Below, piece by piece: positions 9,894 through 20,385 of a stretch of 47,501 bases of DNA (the first letter of the stretch is position 1; the number at the start of each line of letters is the position of its first letter). The position numbers and the translations under genes are program-made. The DNA comes from a virus (lineage: Duplodnaviria; Caudoviricetes). Location of the stretch: positions 1-47,501 of IMG/VR virus record IMGVR_UViG_3300033067_000394. One strand, written 5' to 3'. The notes under the pieces are model-generated. The model ran no database searches and was not told the origin of the DNA. It saw only the letters and a program-made list of their open reading frames with translations.

Positions 9894-12800
9894 CGTATGG
9901 ATTGTTGACTATTTAACACTTGCATTATTACTGCAATTTTATGATCCTGTGACGGTTTATAGAACAATCTTGCAAATACAAATTTGTCCCATAAAGATCC
10001 CATATCATATGGACTTTTACTTGAATTAATATTTGGAGTATATGGAACTAAATCAATATATCCTGGATATAACTTGGTATAAGTCCAATCCTTTGTAACT
10101 ACTGGTTGATTGATAGCCATATCTACTAATCCAGCAATTTTATAATTTTGATCTGTGCGAATTACATACTTTGAGGTGTTTGGTAAAGATACATTCTGAT
10201 AAGGATTAGTATGTTGATTCTGTAAAATCAAAGTCTGCAATCCTGTACTTTGTTCAAAGTTGTAAAGCATTCCTCTATCAAATGTAGTATCTACCGTTTT
10301 AAATCTTTTATTTAAATCATCCCAAACTTGAGAATATCCTACATAATATAGACTATTAACAGTTGAACTTACAGGATCTATATTAGACCATTCAATAATA
10401 AAATCATATTTATTATTGTAGTAATTCTGGTATCGTTCTTTTGATAAATGCTTCCATATTTTATTATCTAACCTTGAAGTATAATAACTATTGCTGTCAG
10501 AGAATCCATGTGCAGGGATATATGAGTGCCATGATGTAAATGAATCATCTAAAAAAGAATAACTTATTGTCCAGCTTTTATCCTGAAAATATAAAGGATT
10601 ATCTGGATTTATAGAAATAATATCCATTTCCAATGTGGATCCTTGCCACAGCCTATCATCAAGACTAAACACTGAGATATAATCTCCGTTCTCAATTACA
10701 AATTCTTGTCTTTGATTAATTGGTAAATAATCTTTTTTAGAAATCAGTAATCGTTTAAATCTAGGATCATAATACATACAAATTCCAACTCCTCTTAAAT
10801 CGTATGTCGATTGAATTGGAAAATCTAATCCTTCAATTTCAAAGAACTTTTGAGTAGCTTCTGACGGAAGATTCTCTTTAAACCACTGAAGTAGTCCTTG
10901 ATTCGACATTATCTCTAAAGATCTATCAAACTTAAATATCTCACCTCTTTTTTGATCTATCCAACAATGTCCAAACGGAGTATTGCACATTGCCTGTTTA
11001 CTTTGTAAACCTGCAGTTCCTACGTCAGTTTGAATTAATTCCTGTGGAGGAATACTTAAAAAGTCTCCAGTAGTTAAATATGCAGTATTTTGATCTGTGG
11101 CAATTTGTTGAGGATTAGGTTGCAAAATAAATGTAGTATCTTCTGTATGAACTAACAATTGATTATTTTGATACTTTAATCCAGTAATCTGTCCTCTATG
11201 TGCAGGTAAGTCAATATAGTCATTTATTTTATTAATCCTATATAAATCAAACGTTTCTTCATCAAAAGATTTAGGGCTAAAGATAATTCTATTTGGATAA
11301 CTTGTTCTGCAATCAGAACAGTAATCATACCCAAGAGGTAGACTTACTTTACCTTGCTCAGTTGACTGTACAGTATAATCTTTATTATACGCAAAATATT
11401 CTTTAAACATATTTTCTCGCAACGTATAATATCCATCTGTATTTTTGTACGCAACTTTTTCAATCAATATATTTATATCTGAACCTGGTCTATAATATTT
11501 ATTTGCATCGCCTGTACCACTATATCTCATATATGGATTAAAATCATGCTCTTCATAAAGAGTAGAATAACACAACCCTTGTAAAATATTATCTGGTGTA
11601 AATATTGGCCAAAAAGTTCTTGTTACTGAGCTTAGGCTAATGATTGTATCTCCATTATAAAATTCATTGGAGTCAGCAAGTGTTGCGTAATTAAAATTCA
11701 AATAATTATATTGAAGATTTAACAACGCATTATATGGTTCAATATTTACTTTTTTATAAACATAGTGGTTATTATATTTAAGTGTTCCAGTAACAGGGTC
11801 GGTTATATTTGCGCCACCCAATACTTGAGCGGGCAGTATTGATGTTAATGGTGCAAGATCATATGTTAATCTTATTAAATTATCATCAGCACTATTATCT
11901 GTTGATTGAATTGGCACACCAAATACTGAAGATGAAGTATATGAGCCAGCAGGAACAAAAACTTGATTTTCAACTTTATAATTAGATCTATCTGGAACAG
12001 CTTTATCTGTCGTCAAAAACAAATACGAATAAGCAGTAATAGTATCTGTTGCATTTTTATTTACGACTGTTGCTTCTGAATCAGCAAATGATTCAATATG
12101 ATATGCTGTATTTAATTTTATATAATCAGGATTATGAATTGTCTGATTAAAAAATATATTTGCGCTATTATAACGCATTAAATTATTTGTAAATGCAACA
12201 TTAAAATCAGCAAAATTTGCATCTAATGTGACACGATTACCTACACCTGTTACTGCATATGTAGGTTGAACTCCCCATCCTGAATCTACTACTGTTTTAT
12301 CTGAAGTATTTCTAACCGCATGACAAAATCTATGACCAATTACATCTGTAGATGGGTAATCAATATTATCAAACTTAACTCCAAGTGGAACTAAGTATTC
12401 GCCATTTGTTCCATCTACATGCGGAATAAGTCTTCTATCTGGAAATCTATGATGTCTAATTTTAGTAGATGGATTGATTTGATTTAACCCTGCATCTTCT
12501 CCCCATATATAACTATTATTACATTTTCTAATATCTGGGTAAGTTAATGACGATTCATAATAACCGAACTCTCCAACATAATCATAAGGATGAGATGTGG
12601 TATTACTTGTAGTAATTGATGCTGTGTTAAAAGCTTTCCATCTAGGAAGAGTTTGTCCTACAGTATAACCCAGGTGTTCAACATCGGATAACCATACTTG
12701 AGTAGATGTTGGTGAAACTGTAGCATTTGATACCACAGTTATAGTATCTAAATCTGAACCATTACTATGTCTTCCTGGAATATGAAATACTGGACTCCAA

Positions 12801-13996
12801 TCACCATTCTTTAAAAGGTATTGAATACCAAATGCATAAATTTCATCACCTTGAAAGGAAGTACATTCCCAATATGTATTTGGATTTTTTGGATTTCCCA
12901 ATGCAAATTGGTCTGCAGTTTCAATTTCTTTAGCTACCCATTGAGCGGTAATCTTACTTGCATAAGATTGAAACTCAGAATAATCAGCCAAATCTTGTTG
13001 AACATTTGCCCTAACTAATCTTCCTTGAACTTGCTCTTGAACATAAGATGATGTATATTTTACATCTGGAATTATAAGGCTAGAGTAATCTACCGGAAAA
13101 TCTCCAGATGATGTATTATATCCAGTATAAGTCCATTGAATTTCAGAACTGCTAATTGGAATTAATTGACCAACAGAGTGTGCATCAACGGTTTGTAAAC
13201 CGGTAATCTGTCTAATTACATTTACTCTAATATAATCAAATGAAGTATCTAAGTTATAAAGTTTAAGCGTAATAGACTTATTAGTTGCTGGTAATCCACC
13301 AATAGCAGGATCATACTGTGGAGCATTTAATCCACCATCAATATTGTTATATGCATCAGATTGATCCTCATTGTATATGATAGTCTGAGGACTTATATCT
13401 GTTCTGTATATTGTATTTTCATTCTCATCCAAGATTTCTACTTGAAAGTAATATGATCCGAGAGGTAAATTACCACCGTCATTATTTACTTTAACCAAAT
13501 CAATTTTTGGGCATGTAATATCTGGTACAAACTTAAATTTATTTGGATCAAATACACCAGAGGTTTTAAAATCATTTGGTTTGCTTACATTAAACCATCT
13601 ATCTGGATTAAATCCATCACACCAATAAATTATCTTTTCACATCCATTCCTTACTCTATATTCTCCAGTAATTGGGTGCTCTGTAGAAAACCCAAGGTTT
13701 ACATTTGCAAGAGTAGTATAAGTATCTTGCTTATATAATCCAATTTCAGAATTGCTATTGTTTGTGCTAAAGATATATATTTCATCATTTTGCCCAAATA
13801 TAGATCCAATAACTGTATATCCAGATGGAAGAGTTACGGATAATATATTTCCAGGTTCTGACTGGTACTCTCTTCTACCACCTTCATGATTACTTGTAAT
13901 TGCATTTAATGCAAATGTTATATCATTATTATCTTGAAAAAGCCTGTCTTTATTTAATCCATTTGAGTGGATTATTGGAATTTGTTTATCTAGCAT
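9890..13996 (-). CDS. Tail stabilization / muzzle protein (P22 gp10-like)
   Basis: 1368 aa, beta-rich. N-terminal GLNKD...ALNA, DEIYAFGIQY...WSPVFHIPGR, IRHHRFPD and C-terminal SWTISYS...SWHSYIP. Size and position match crAss-like muzzle proteins. Confidence 0.8.
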   Translation of the reverse strand: MLDKQIPIIHSNGLNKDRLFQDNNDITFALNAITSNHEGGRREYQSEPGNILSVTLPSGYTVIGSIFGQNDEIYIFSTNNSNSEIGLYKQDTYTTLANVNLGFSTEHPITGEYRVRNGCEKIIYWCDGFNPDRWFNVSKPNDFKTSGVFDPNKFKFVPDITCPKIDLVKVNNDGGNLPLGSYYFQVEILDENENTIYRTDISPQTIIYNEDQSDAYNNIDGGLNAPQYDPAIGGLPATNKSITLKLYNLDTSFDYIRVNVIRQITGLQTVDAHSVGQLIPISSSEIQWTYTGYNTSSGDFPVDYSSLIIPDVKYTSSYVQEQVQGRLVRANVQQDLADYSEFQSYASKITAQWVAKEIETADQFALGNPKNPNTYWECTSFQGDEIYAFGIQYLLKNGDWSPVFHIPGRHSNGSDLDTITVVSNATVSPTSTQVWLSDVEHLGYTVGQTLPRWKAFNTASITTSNTTSHPYDYVGEFGYYESSLTYPDIRKCNNSYIWGEDAGLNQINPSTKIRHHRFPDRRLIPHVDGTNGEYLVPLGVKFDNIDYPSTDVIGHRFCHAVRNTSDKTVVDSGWGVQPTYAVTGVGNRVTLDANFADFNVAFTNNLMRYNSANIFFNQTIHNPDYIKLNTAYHIESFADSEATVVNKNATDTITAYSYLFLTTDKAVPDRSNYKVENQVFVPAGSYTSSSVFGVPIQSTDNSADDNLIRLTYDLAPLTSILPAQVLGGANITDPVTGTLKYNNHYVYKKVNIEPYNALLNLQYNYLNFNYATLADSNEFYNGDTIISLSSVTRTFWPIFTPDNILQGLCYSTLYEEHDFNPYMRYSGTGDANKYYRPGSDINILIEKVAYKNTDGYYTLRENMFKEYFAYNKDYTVQSTEQGKVSLPLGYDYCSDCRTSYPNRIIFSPKSFDEETFDLYRINKINDYIDLPAHRGQITGLKYQNNQLLVHTEDTTFILQPNPQQIATDQNTAYLTTGDFLSIPPQELIQTDVGTAGLQSKQAMCNTPFGHCWIDQKRGEIFKFDRSLEIMSNQGLLQWFKENLPSEATQKFFEIEGLDFPIQSTYDLRGVGICMYYDPRFKRLLISKKDYLPINQRQEFVIENGDYISVFSLDDRLWQGSTLEMDIISINPDNPLYFQDKSWTISYSFLDDSFTSWHSYIPAHGFSDSNSYYTSRLDNKIWKHLSKERYQNYYNNKYDFIIEWSNIDPVSSTVNSLYYVGYSQVWDDLNKRFKTVDTTFDRGMLYNFEQSTGLQTLILQNQHTNPYQNVSLPNTSKYVIRTDQNYKIAGLVDMAINQPVVTKDWTYTKLYPGYIDLVPYTPNINSSKSPYDMGSLWDKFVFARLFYKPSQDHKIAVIMQVLNSQQSIR

Positions 13997-14792
13997 AGAA
14001 CAAGATTTCTGGAAGCTTTATTAACTTAGTATATTGACCGTTAATATCCATAAGATTTGCAAAATCTACAGCACTTAACATCAATCTACCTCGGGCTTGT
14101 TTATGTAATATTGCTTGCTTTTGATGATAGTCTTGATAGAAATTTCTAGCTTGCTCCTCTTTAGAAAACTGTCTGTTCTCCCAATGTTTACTGATTGCGT
14201 ATGCAACTAAATACTCAACTAAGATTTGTTCATCAGGAATAAGAATATCTTCATTTTCATCACAAACAGGACTGTCATAATTAACACAGATAAATCCTTT
14301 ATCAATAGATAAATACATTGTCTTCTGTGGAGTAACAACAAAGGTTTCTGCACAGCTTGCAAATTTACAAGGACAATCATTTGAAATCAAACTTTTATCT
14401 GTACCTACATATTTAATGATCTTATAATTCTCCTTAAAATAAGGAGAATCTAAAAACATTTTATATGTTATCATCGGTTTGCAGACTGCTGGAATTAAGT
14501 CAGATGGTTCGCTAGATGTATCTGTGCATGCAGTAAGTAAAGAGTCTAAACACTCTTTACTTGGATCTGAGCATTGCCACATTACCGAATTAATCTGTCT
14601 TACATATTTTGGTAATTGTACTTTACCATCTACAATTTCAAAAACTTCAATCTTAGGTTCATATCTAATAGTTTGTGGAAGTAACTGAATTGCATCTAAC
14701 ATATAATCCATAAAATCGGATTCGTTGGTTTCTTGAAATAAAGCTTTTGGTATATTTGAAAGTATTGAACGAATACTCCTAAAATTTTTCAT
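13986..14792 (-). CDS. Tail tubular / ring protein
   Basis: 268 aa between the IHF-like gene and the muzzle gene. GKVQLP and DILIPD motifs; matches conserved crAss-like gene order. Confidence 0.65.
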   Translation of the reverse strand: MKNFRSIRSILSNIPKALFQETNESDFMDYMLDAIQLLPQTIRYEPKIEVFEIVDGKVQLPKYVRQINSVMWQCSDPSKECLDSLLTACTDTSSEPSDLIPAVCKPMITYKMFLDSPYFKENYKIIKYVGTDKSLISNDCPCKFASCAETFVVTPQKTMYLSIDKGFICVNYDSPVCDENEDILIPDEQILVEYLVAYAISKHWENRQFSKEEQARNFYQDYHQKQAILHKQARGRLMLSAVDFANLMDINGQYTKLIKLPEILFYAR

Positions 14793-15286
14793 AATGCATC
14801 TCTAATTTTATAGATTTTTGAATAGTCTTGTTCACAAGATTTGTAGATCGATCTTACCCAGGCTCGATTTATTTTAATCCTCCACATATTTTTTAGTTTC
14901 AGACTGACTTTTCTTTTAGCCCAACTTGTCATGATATAATAATTATCTGCTGAAGATTTAGTAAACTTAACAACTTTTCCAGCTTCTTTTGATTTTTTAA
15001 AATCAACAAATTTTGTTGTCTTAAGTTTTGTAAGATGGAATGCTCCAAGTTTAGAACCAAGTTCTATTGAATTACCATCTTCCAAAAACTTTTTTAATTT
15101 TTCAAGATATATCACTATGACTTCTTTCCACTCATACCAATCTGCAGATAAAGGAGTATCTGTACAATCTGCGTATTTAACAAATGGCCTGGGAACAACA
15201 TTAATTGGACATTGAATATTTTTTTTATATGGATAAAAAAAGTATATATCAACTAATGTTCTTCGCTTACAACTTGATAAATTCAT
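14789..15286 (-). CDS. IHF/HU-like protein of the crAss-like tail module
   Basis: Basic 165 aa with LEDGNSIELGSKLGAFHL (HU/IHF-type G..V.L...G.F motif), sitting between two ring genes. Confidence 0.6.
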   Translation of the reverse strand: MNLSSCKRRTLVDIYFFYPYKKNIQCPINVVPRPFVKYADCTDTPLSADWYEWKEVIVIYLEKLKKFLEDGNSIELGSKLGAFHLTKLKTTKFVDFKKSKEAGKVVKFTKSSADNYYIMTSWAKRKVSLKLKNMWRIKINRAWVRSIYKSCEQDYSKIYKIRDAL

Positions 15287-15944
15287 TACTATCGTTAGTT
15301 TGGTCTTGAGGAAGCTGGAGTGGAATATTCAATAGTTTTAATACTTTCATATATACATCTTCTGCATATTCATCCTCCAAAGGATAATCTTGAGTGAGAG
15401 GATCAAAACATGTCCCTACTTCAACTCCATCATTTAGACAATTTGGAATATGTACAAGATCAATTGGATTTGTCCACAATCCATTTACTGAAATAACTTT
15501 TAATGTTAAAGGCACGTTCCAAAGAATAAGATAATGATTGACAATGCTACCATAATATTCTTTAGTGTCTTTATTTTTTCTAAACCATTCATCCTCTGAT
15601 ACAATATTAACTGTCTTTCCTGACAATAATCTAACCTGGATTTTAGAATTATTTCTTCCAACTAAAACTGGAGGAATTTTATATTTTGTTCGTAAAACTT
15701 TACATTCGTATTTATCTGGAACACAATCACAATCATGTGACTTAGCAATCTCCAGAGACATGCAAATTCTAAACCAATTATGTTCAGAAATTGCCATAAA
15801 TTTTTTTAATTGTTGTTGCAATATCGTAGCTCTAGAAACAGAAAAAAGGCTATACAGACCTTCGTCCGTATAACCTTCCTGGTTTCTACCATAGGCTTTT
15901 ATCAAACCTCGGATATTGCTGATATGTTGCCCTATTGTTTTCAC
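15267..15944 (-). CDS. Tail ring / adaptor protein
   Basis: 225 aa with a Cys cluster (CDC...CKVLRTKYKIP) and C-terminal DYPL...DQTNDS, as in crAss-like ring proteins; position agrees. Confidence 0.6.
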   Translation of the reverse strand: MKTIGQHISNIRGLIKAYGRNQEGYTDEGLYSLFSVSRATILQQQLKKFMAISEHNWFRICMSLEIAKSHDCDCVPDKYECKVLRTKYKIPPVLVGRNNSKIQVRLLSGKTVNIVSEDEWFRKNKDTKEYYGSIVNHYLILWNVPLTLKVISVNGLWTNPIDLVHIPNCLNDGVEVGTCFDPLTQDYPLEDEYAEDVYMKVLKLLNIPLQLPQDQTNDSNEFIKL

Positions 15945-16810
15945 ATTATTTTTTTTATTAAATTTACATAATCAGCACAGTCTATGATTTCCCAGACTTT
16001 TTCTCTAAGATTAAACCATACTACTCGACTTGTACCAAGTTTTACTCCAGTATTATCTTGAACCATCTTTTTATACATAGATGTCTGTAGTGAATACTTT
16101 TCAAATTCACAATCTGGTAAATCAAATTTAGCGAGTTTACCAAATGAAGACTTGGTTCTTAATTGTTTATCCGTTTTAAAATCCCAGATTTCATATTCTT
16201 CGGTTTGCTTATTGAAGTATAATCTATCAAACGTGCCAGCTAAACCAAGCTCTTCATCATAAATTGGATATTCTGCAACAATAAGAATTAAGTTTTCTTG
16301 TGCATATTCAACATAGTCTAAGCAAAGATTTCTCGCAACATTTAAACTATTCACATAATTAACCGCCTCTGCGGTTGACATTCCCTCAATCAATTCTGTT
16401 TTAGGAACATCTATTTTTCTGCGTTCAAGATCTTCGAGATATTTATGTACATAAGTTCCACGCGTATTGCCAATTAAAGCATCAAGTTTCCACTGCTCAA
16501 GTACATCTTGAGGAGTTACTCTTAAATGTGAATGGTCATCGAAGATAGTTACTGTTCTAGATTCAGCTCCAAATGGAAGACCTTCTTCAAACAATTCAAA
16601 TGAGCTAAAGTTTCCCCATTTTGATTTTACATTGTAACCAGAGAATTGATACGCTTTGATTACCGACCAAAATTCAGATTGAAATCTAGGCTTTAATGAA
16701 CTTAAGAATTTAGTTACAGATTGTAATTCTTTACCTTGTTTAGTAAAATACTTATGTGTTGCATCTGTATATCTAAGATCTTTAAATGCTTCTTGTAGTT
16801 TCTCAATCAT
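15941..16810 (-). CDS. PD-(D/E)XK family nuclease (Cas4/RecB-like exonuclease)
   Basis: Motifs HKY...SVTKFL, RGTYVHKYLE, AEYPIYD...LAGTFDRL, IWDFKT and YSLQTSMY. Confidence 0.85.
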   Translation of the reverse strand: MIEKLQEAFKDLRYTDATHKYFTKQGKELQSVTKFLSSLKPRFQSEFWSVIKAYQFSGYNVKSKWGNFSSFELFEEGLPFGAESRTVTIFDDHSHLRVTPQDVLEQWKLDALIGNTRGTYVHKYLEDLERRKIDVPKTELIEGMSTAEAVNYVNSLNVARNLCLDYVEYAQENLILIVAEYPIYDEELGLAGTFDRLYFNKQTEEYEIWDFKTDKQLRTKSSFGKLAKFDLPDCEFEKYSLQTSMYKKMVQDNTGVKLGTSRVVWFNLREKVWEIIDCADYVNLIKKIM

Positions 16811-17720
16811 TGAATGGTATAATTATAGGTGAATTGTCAATAACCACTCCACATGAGATGATTGGTTTTTTACCACGTTGAGCATAAGCAAAAGCATAAC
16901 TTTCAAAATCAATTCCACATCCAACTTGCATTGCAAATTGTTTACCACCATTTAAAAGGTGCACATAACCATCGGAATGTAGATGACCTTGAACTACAGA
17001 ACACATCTCAGATTGTGCTTTCTTTAAAGCAGTTCCTCCTTCACCATGAATATAAAGTACATCATTATGAATGACTTGTTCTACAAATTCCCAATTAGGA
17101 ACTTCTAAGATTTCCCCCAATGGTTTCATCCATCTTTGGCTTACACCAACTGAAAACAACTTACGTGCAATTATTCTGTCGTGGTTGCCAAGAACTACAG
17201 TAGCTTCTGGAAAAGCTTCATACCAAGCTTTAAGTTTTTTAGTTGCTAGGATTAATTCATCTTTTGCAGATAATCCATCAGGATCTGTATTATGAAAACT
17301 CTGAGCATGATTATCAATCAAGTCTCCGATAAAGATAACTTTTGTGCAACCAAATTTAATCTGTTGTTGTTTACAGAATTCTAAATACCCTGGTTTACAG
17401 AAAGGTTCGTGAATATCTCCAATTACTAAAACATTCTTATCTGAAGAAGATTCTATGTTTTGAGTCTTTGTTTTAAAGATTTCCCACTCATCCAGCATTT
17501 TACCAATTCTTGGATCTAGTTGTTGGGTTCTTACATAATTTTTTCGTGCAGGCAATTCTATTGCTTTTCTCCGAGGAGTCTCCTGGATCTTTGTCCACAA
17601 CTTTCGTACATAGTCAGATTTTTGCTTTGGAGAACCATCGACACTAAACTTAATTGCGATGTTAAGCCAATCGCCTGGCTCCTTTTTTTCCTGAAGGAAT
17701 TTAATTAGTTCATTATTCAT
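16803..17720 (-). CDS. Calcineurin-like metallophosphoesterase with a small N-terminal helical domain
   Basis: Complete motif set GDIHEP, GDLID, GNHD, IHG, GHLH. Start moved to ATG 17720 (MNNELIK) because the track's TTG lies inside a promoter-like element. Confidence 0.88.
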   Translation of the reverse strand: MNNELIKFLQEKKEPGDWLNIAIKFSVDGSPKQKSDYVRKLWTKIQETPRRKAIELPARKNYVRTQQLDPRIGKMLDEWEIFKTKTQNIESSSDKNVLVIGDIHEPFCKPGYLEFCKQQQIKFGCTKVIFIGDLIDNHAQSFHNTDPDGLSAKDELILATKKLKAWYEAFPEATVVLGNHDRIIARKLFSVGVSQRWMKPLGEILEVPNWEFVEQVIHNDVLYIHGEGGTALKKAQSEMCSVVQGHLHSDGYVHLLNGGKQFAMQVGCGIDFESYAFAYAQRGKKPIISCGVVIDNSPIIIPFND

Positions 17721-17735
17721 ATATAGTATTTTATG

Positions 17736-17743
17736 CAAAAATA
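17736..17743 (-). promoter_or_regulatory. Bacteroidota-type -7 promoter element (TAnnTTTG)
   Basis: Minus strand reads TATTTTTG 15 nt upstream of ATG 17720, in one of the few intergenic gaps. Confidence 0.55.
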
Positions 17744-17767
17744 CAACTTTATCTAACCCCTAGGTTT

Positions 17768-18271
17768 TTAGAAGGGATCAATATAATAGTTGACATTTGC
17801 AAGGTCAATAACCCCTGTTATCGTAAGGTCACTGACAAGATTTTTGAAATATACATATCCATCAGGATGGACTGCACATATTCCAAGAGCATCAATTTCT
17901 CCAATTACTGGAAAATGAGATATTACTTTTGGTCGAGCATTACTTGGTAACCTAAAAGCTTGAACAAATGAGCCTGGAGTAAATGTTACTAGACTGCAAT
18001 CTAATTTTCCTCTAAAATAAACTGCATGATTATTATATCCTGCAATAATAACTTTAAGAGGATTTGTTGCATCTTGTACAAATCCATTAGATAAACTGGA
18101 TAGGGTAACATTACCCTCTCCAAATGTATTATCAATAAGTGGAGTCACAGATGTATCTAATACATTCTGACTTGTAATATTTTTTGTAATACCTCCTTGA
18201 ACTACTACAAATAGATCTGAAGAACCTAATGTAGAAGTCGATGGAGTTTGACTGATTTTTTTATTTGCCAT
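17768..18271 (-). CDS. Short tail fibre / receptor-binding-like protein
   Basis: N-terminal MANKKISQ...DLFVVVQGG.TK docking motif and C-terminal VYFRG...FRLPSNARP...VHPDGYV beta domain common at fibre tips. Confidence 0.55.
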   Translation of the reverse strand: MANKKISQTPSTSTLGSSDLFVVVQGGITKNITSQNVLDTSVTPLIDNTFGEGNVTLSSLSNGFVQDATNPLKVIIAGYNNHAVYFRGKLDCSLVTFTPGSFVQAFRLPSNARPKVISHFPVIGEIDALGICAVHPDGYVYFKNLVSDLTITGVIDLANVNYYIDPF

Positions 18272-18624
18272 TATACTAAGATTGGTTCACCAGATTCGGT
18301 AGTAAGAATATCACCATCTTCTGTGGTTAAGAATGAATATGATTCTACAATAGTTGTTCGATCACACGGATCAATTGAATTGACACAATGTGCTTTAAAT
18401 TTTGTAATAAAAGATTTAATTTCACATTGAAGTGTATGTGGTATGTCGCAAGATGTATTTAAAATCTGAAGATATATAAATGCAGAATCGACATTTTGCT
18501 TTTGAGGAGGTAGATTACAATCAATTCCATACCAATACATTTCTTTTAATTCTTTTACCAAATTAAAGTAAATACATTTAAGAGCAGCCACATCCTGCTG
18601 ATTGACTAGTAGTATGGTTGTCAT
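18271..18624 (-). CDS. Small Cys-containing structural protein (tail hub-like)
   Basis: 117 aa ending in LTTEDGDILTTESGEPIL; TAATG coupling to the next gene. Confidence 0.45.
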   Translation of the reverse strand: MTTILLVNQQDVAALKCIYFNLVKELKEMYWYGIDCNLPPQKQNVDSAFIYLQILNTSCDIPHTLQCEIKSFITKFKAHCVNSIDPCDRTTIVESYSFLTTEDGDILTTESGEPILV

Positions 18625-19093
18625 TAATAAGGAGTTTTAATTCTGTATATAAACTACACATCTCAGTACAGTAACAGCTATCGCAGTCTCCACCAATTGT
18701 AAGTGCATAATAATATTGCCAAGCTAATGAGTCTTTAGTCTTGGTATAATAATCTAATACTTTACATTTTAGATCACAATCAATCAATACACATTGTGAA
18801 CTTGTTGCAAGATATGCATTGCTAGATTGAGTGTATTCAATATCTAGCTGAAAATAATATATTCCATCACAATATGTAGTGCTTGTGGAAGCGTTGTAAA
18901 ATACAGTTGCGGGAATAGAAATTTGTCCATTACTGATTGACTCAATCAAACTTGATACATCAACTGTAGATTCAGTTAAGGAGCAGTTTAATCTACTCCT
19001 TAACGTTACTGAATCTATAGTTACTGTCTCATTCGCAAACAAATCATTTGCTAGAGTTAAAACAGAGCAATCACTATTCAGTGATGCGATCAT
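18578..19093 (-). CDS. Cys-rich structural protein (tail hub-like)
   Basis: 171 aa with DGIYYF and terminal GCGCS, the pattern of crAss-like tail hub proteins. Confidence 0.5.
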   Translation of the reverse strand: MIASLNSDCSVLTLANDLFANETVTIDSVTLRSRLNCSLTESTVDVSSLIESISNGQISIPATVFYNASTSTTYCDGIYYFQLDIEYTQSSNAYLATSSQCVLIDCDLKCKVLDYYTKTKDSLAWQYYYALTIGGDCDSCYCTEMCSLYTELKLLINDNHTTSQSAGCGCS

Positions 19094-19605
19094 TATTTAG
19101 GCAGAAATACATTGATTAATTTAACAATCCATGCCAGAGCATTTTTGTCTTTGATTACTTTACCCAGCACCCATTCAATATTAGAAAACAGGAATGCCAA
19201 AAACTCTGGAGATTCTACAAAATCTTTCCAGATTTGTTTAAGTTGCTCACCATCAGGTTTTACTTGATCGGTAACAGCTACCAGGGTTTTAGTTACAGGT
19301 AAAATCAAAAGACTTAAGCCTGCTTGAACTTTTGCATCATCAATTTTAGAAATTGCTTCTAACAAAGCAGCTCTAAATGCTTCAGCAATTTGTGGGTCAG
19401 ACGTAAGTGAACCCCAGATATAATTTAATTGTTCTTTGTTACCTGGAATATCATCGGTAACAGCAACAACAGTTGCCTTAAGTCTTTCTACAACTTCTGT
19501 TGCAGATACTCGGGCATAATCCTTTTCAATTAAAGGAAGAATATCGGTAATTACAAAATCAAGATTTGTATTTACGATTTTTTGAAGAAGAACTGAATCA
19601 GCCAT
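19093..19605 (-). CDS. Helical hypothetical protein with internal duplication
   Basis: 170 aa with two copies of VAVTD.....EQL..IW......P. Confidence 0.6.
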   Translation of the reverse strand: MADSVLLQKIVNTNLDFVITDILPLIEKDYARVSATEVVERLKATVVAVTDDIPGNKEQLNYIWGSLTSDPQIAEAFRAALLEAISKIDDAKVQAGLSLLILPVTKTLVAVTDQVKPDGEQLKQIWKDFVESPEFLAFLFSNIEWVLGKVIKDKNALAWIVKLINVFLPK

Positions 19606-20123
19606 TTTATTAAGTTTGATATTGTGAATAGGTTTGAATTTTGTTTTTCAACTACGTTTACTACAGGATTTACTGTAGGCATAGAAGGTTCAATAATTTT
19701 TGGCTCTTCAACTAAAACTTGATTTACTGGATTTATCACAGTAATATAAACTTTATCTTTTCTGAGAGCAGATTTAAGAATTGGAAGAAATTTTGCAATA
19801 GCTACTTTTGAATGTAACAGAAGACTTCCAGATACAGAAGTCCCAAGTAATATACATCCTGAAGTATCTTCAATAGTATTGCCAGCATGAATTCTAATTC
19901 CTTCAAAATTAGGAACGTTTAATAACAATGGTAAAACTGTTTTAAACCTTTGACTAAAATTCATGACTACTTCATACTTACCCTCTGGAATACAAGTCTG
20001 ATGTTTTATTTTCACATCTCTTATTTTATCCTCCAAAGTGTAACAGAAAAATACATTATCTATAAATAACTCACCAATAACTGAATTATTTATTTCCGAC
20101 TTTCTTTTGAGAATTATATCCAT
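19572..20123 (-). CDS. DUF5675-family protein, putative endolysin / cell-wall enzyme
   Basis: Motifs IGELFID...CYTLED...CIPEGKY...LLNVPNFEGIRIHAGNT..DTSGCILLG; adjacent to two envelope-targeted small genes. Confidence 0.8.
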   Translation of the reverse strand: MDIILKRKSEINNSVIGELFIDNVFFCYTLEDKIRDVKIKHQTCIPEGKYEVVMNFSQRFKTVLPLLLNVPNFEGIRIHAGNTIEDTSGCILLGTSVSGSLLLHSKVAIAKFLPILKSALRKDKVYITVINPVNQVLVEEPKIIEPSMPTVNPVVNVVEKQNSNLFTISNLIKWLIQFFFKKS

Positions 20124-20385
20124 CTGGTAAAGGAATATTGTGACCTCTTAAAAATAAAATTTCTTCATCCTCAAGAGTATCTAAAGATCGTTGATTTTTT
20201 ATCAATTCAATCTGAACTTCAGCTAATGCAATCCTGCTCATCAACAATGATTTTTGCAAATCTGGCGTAAGTGTGACTGGATTAACTTCTGGAGCAGAAG
20301 GTAATTGATCTTGAGAATAACTAGAATCACTTGAAAAAATAAAAGAAAGTGAAAATATTAATGCGACTGCTGATAAAAATTTCAT
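20086..20385 (-). CDS. Small exported protein (putative lysis accessory)
   Basis: Signal-peptide-like N-terminus MKFLSAVALIFSLSFIFS followed by a coiled coil. Confidence 0.5.
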   Translation of the reverse strand: MKFLSAVALIFSLSFIFSSDSSYSQDQLPSAPEVNPVTLTPDLQKSLLMSRIALAEVQIELIKNQRSLDTLEDEEILFLRGHNIPLPDGYNSQKKVGNK

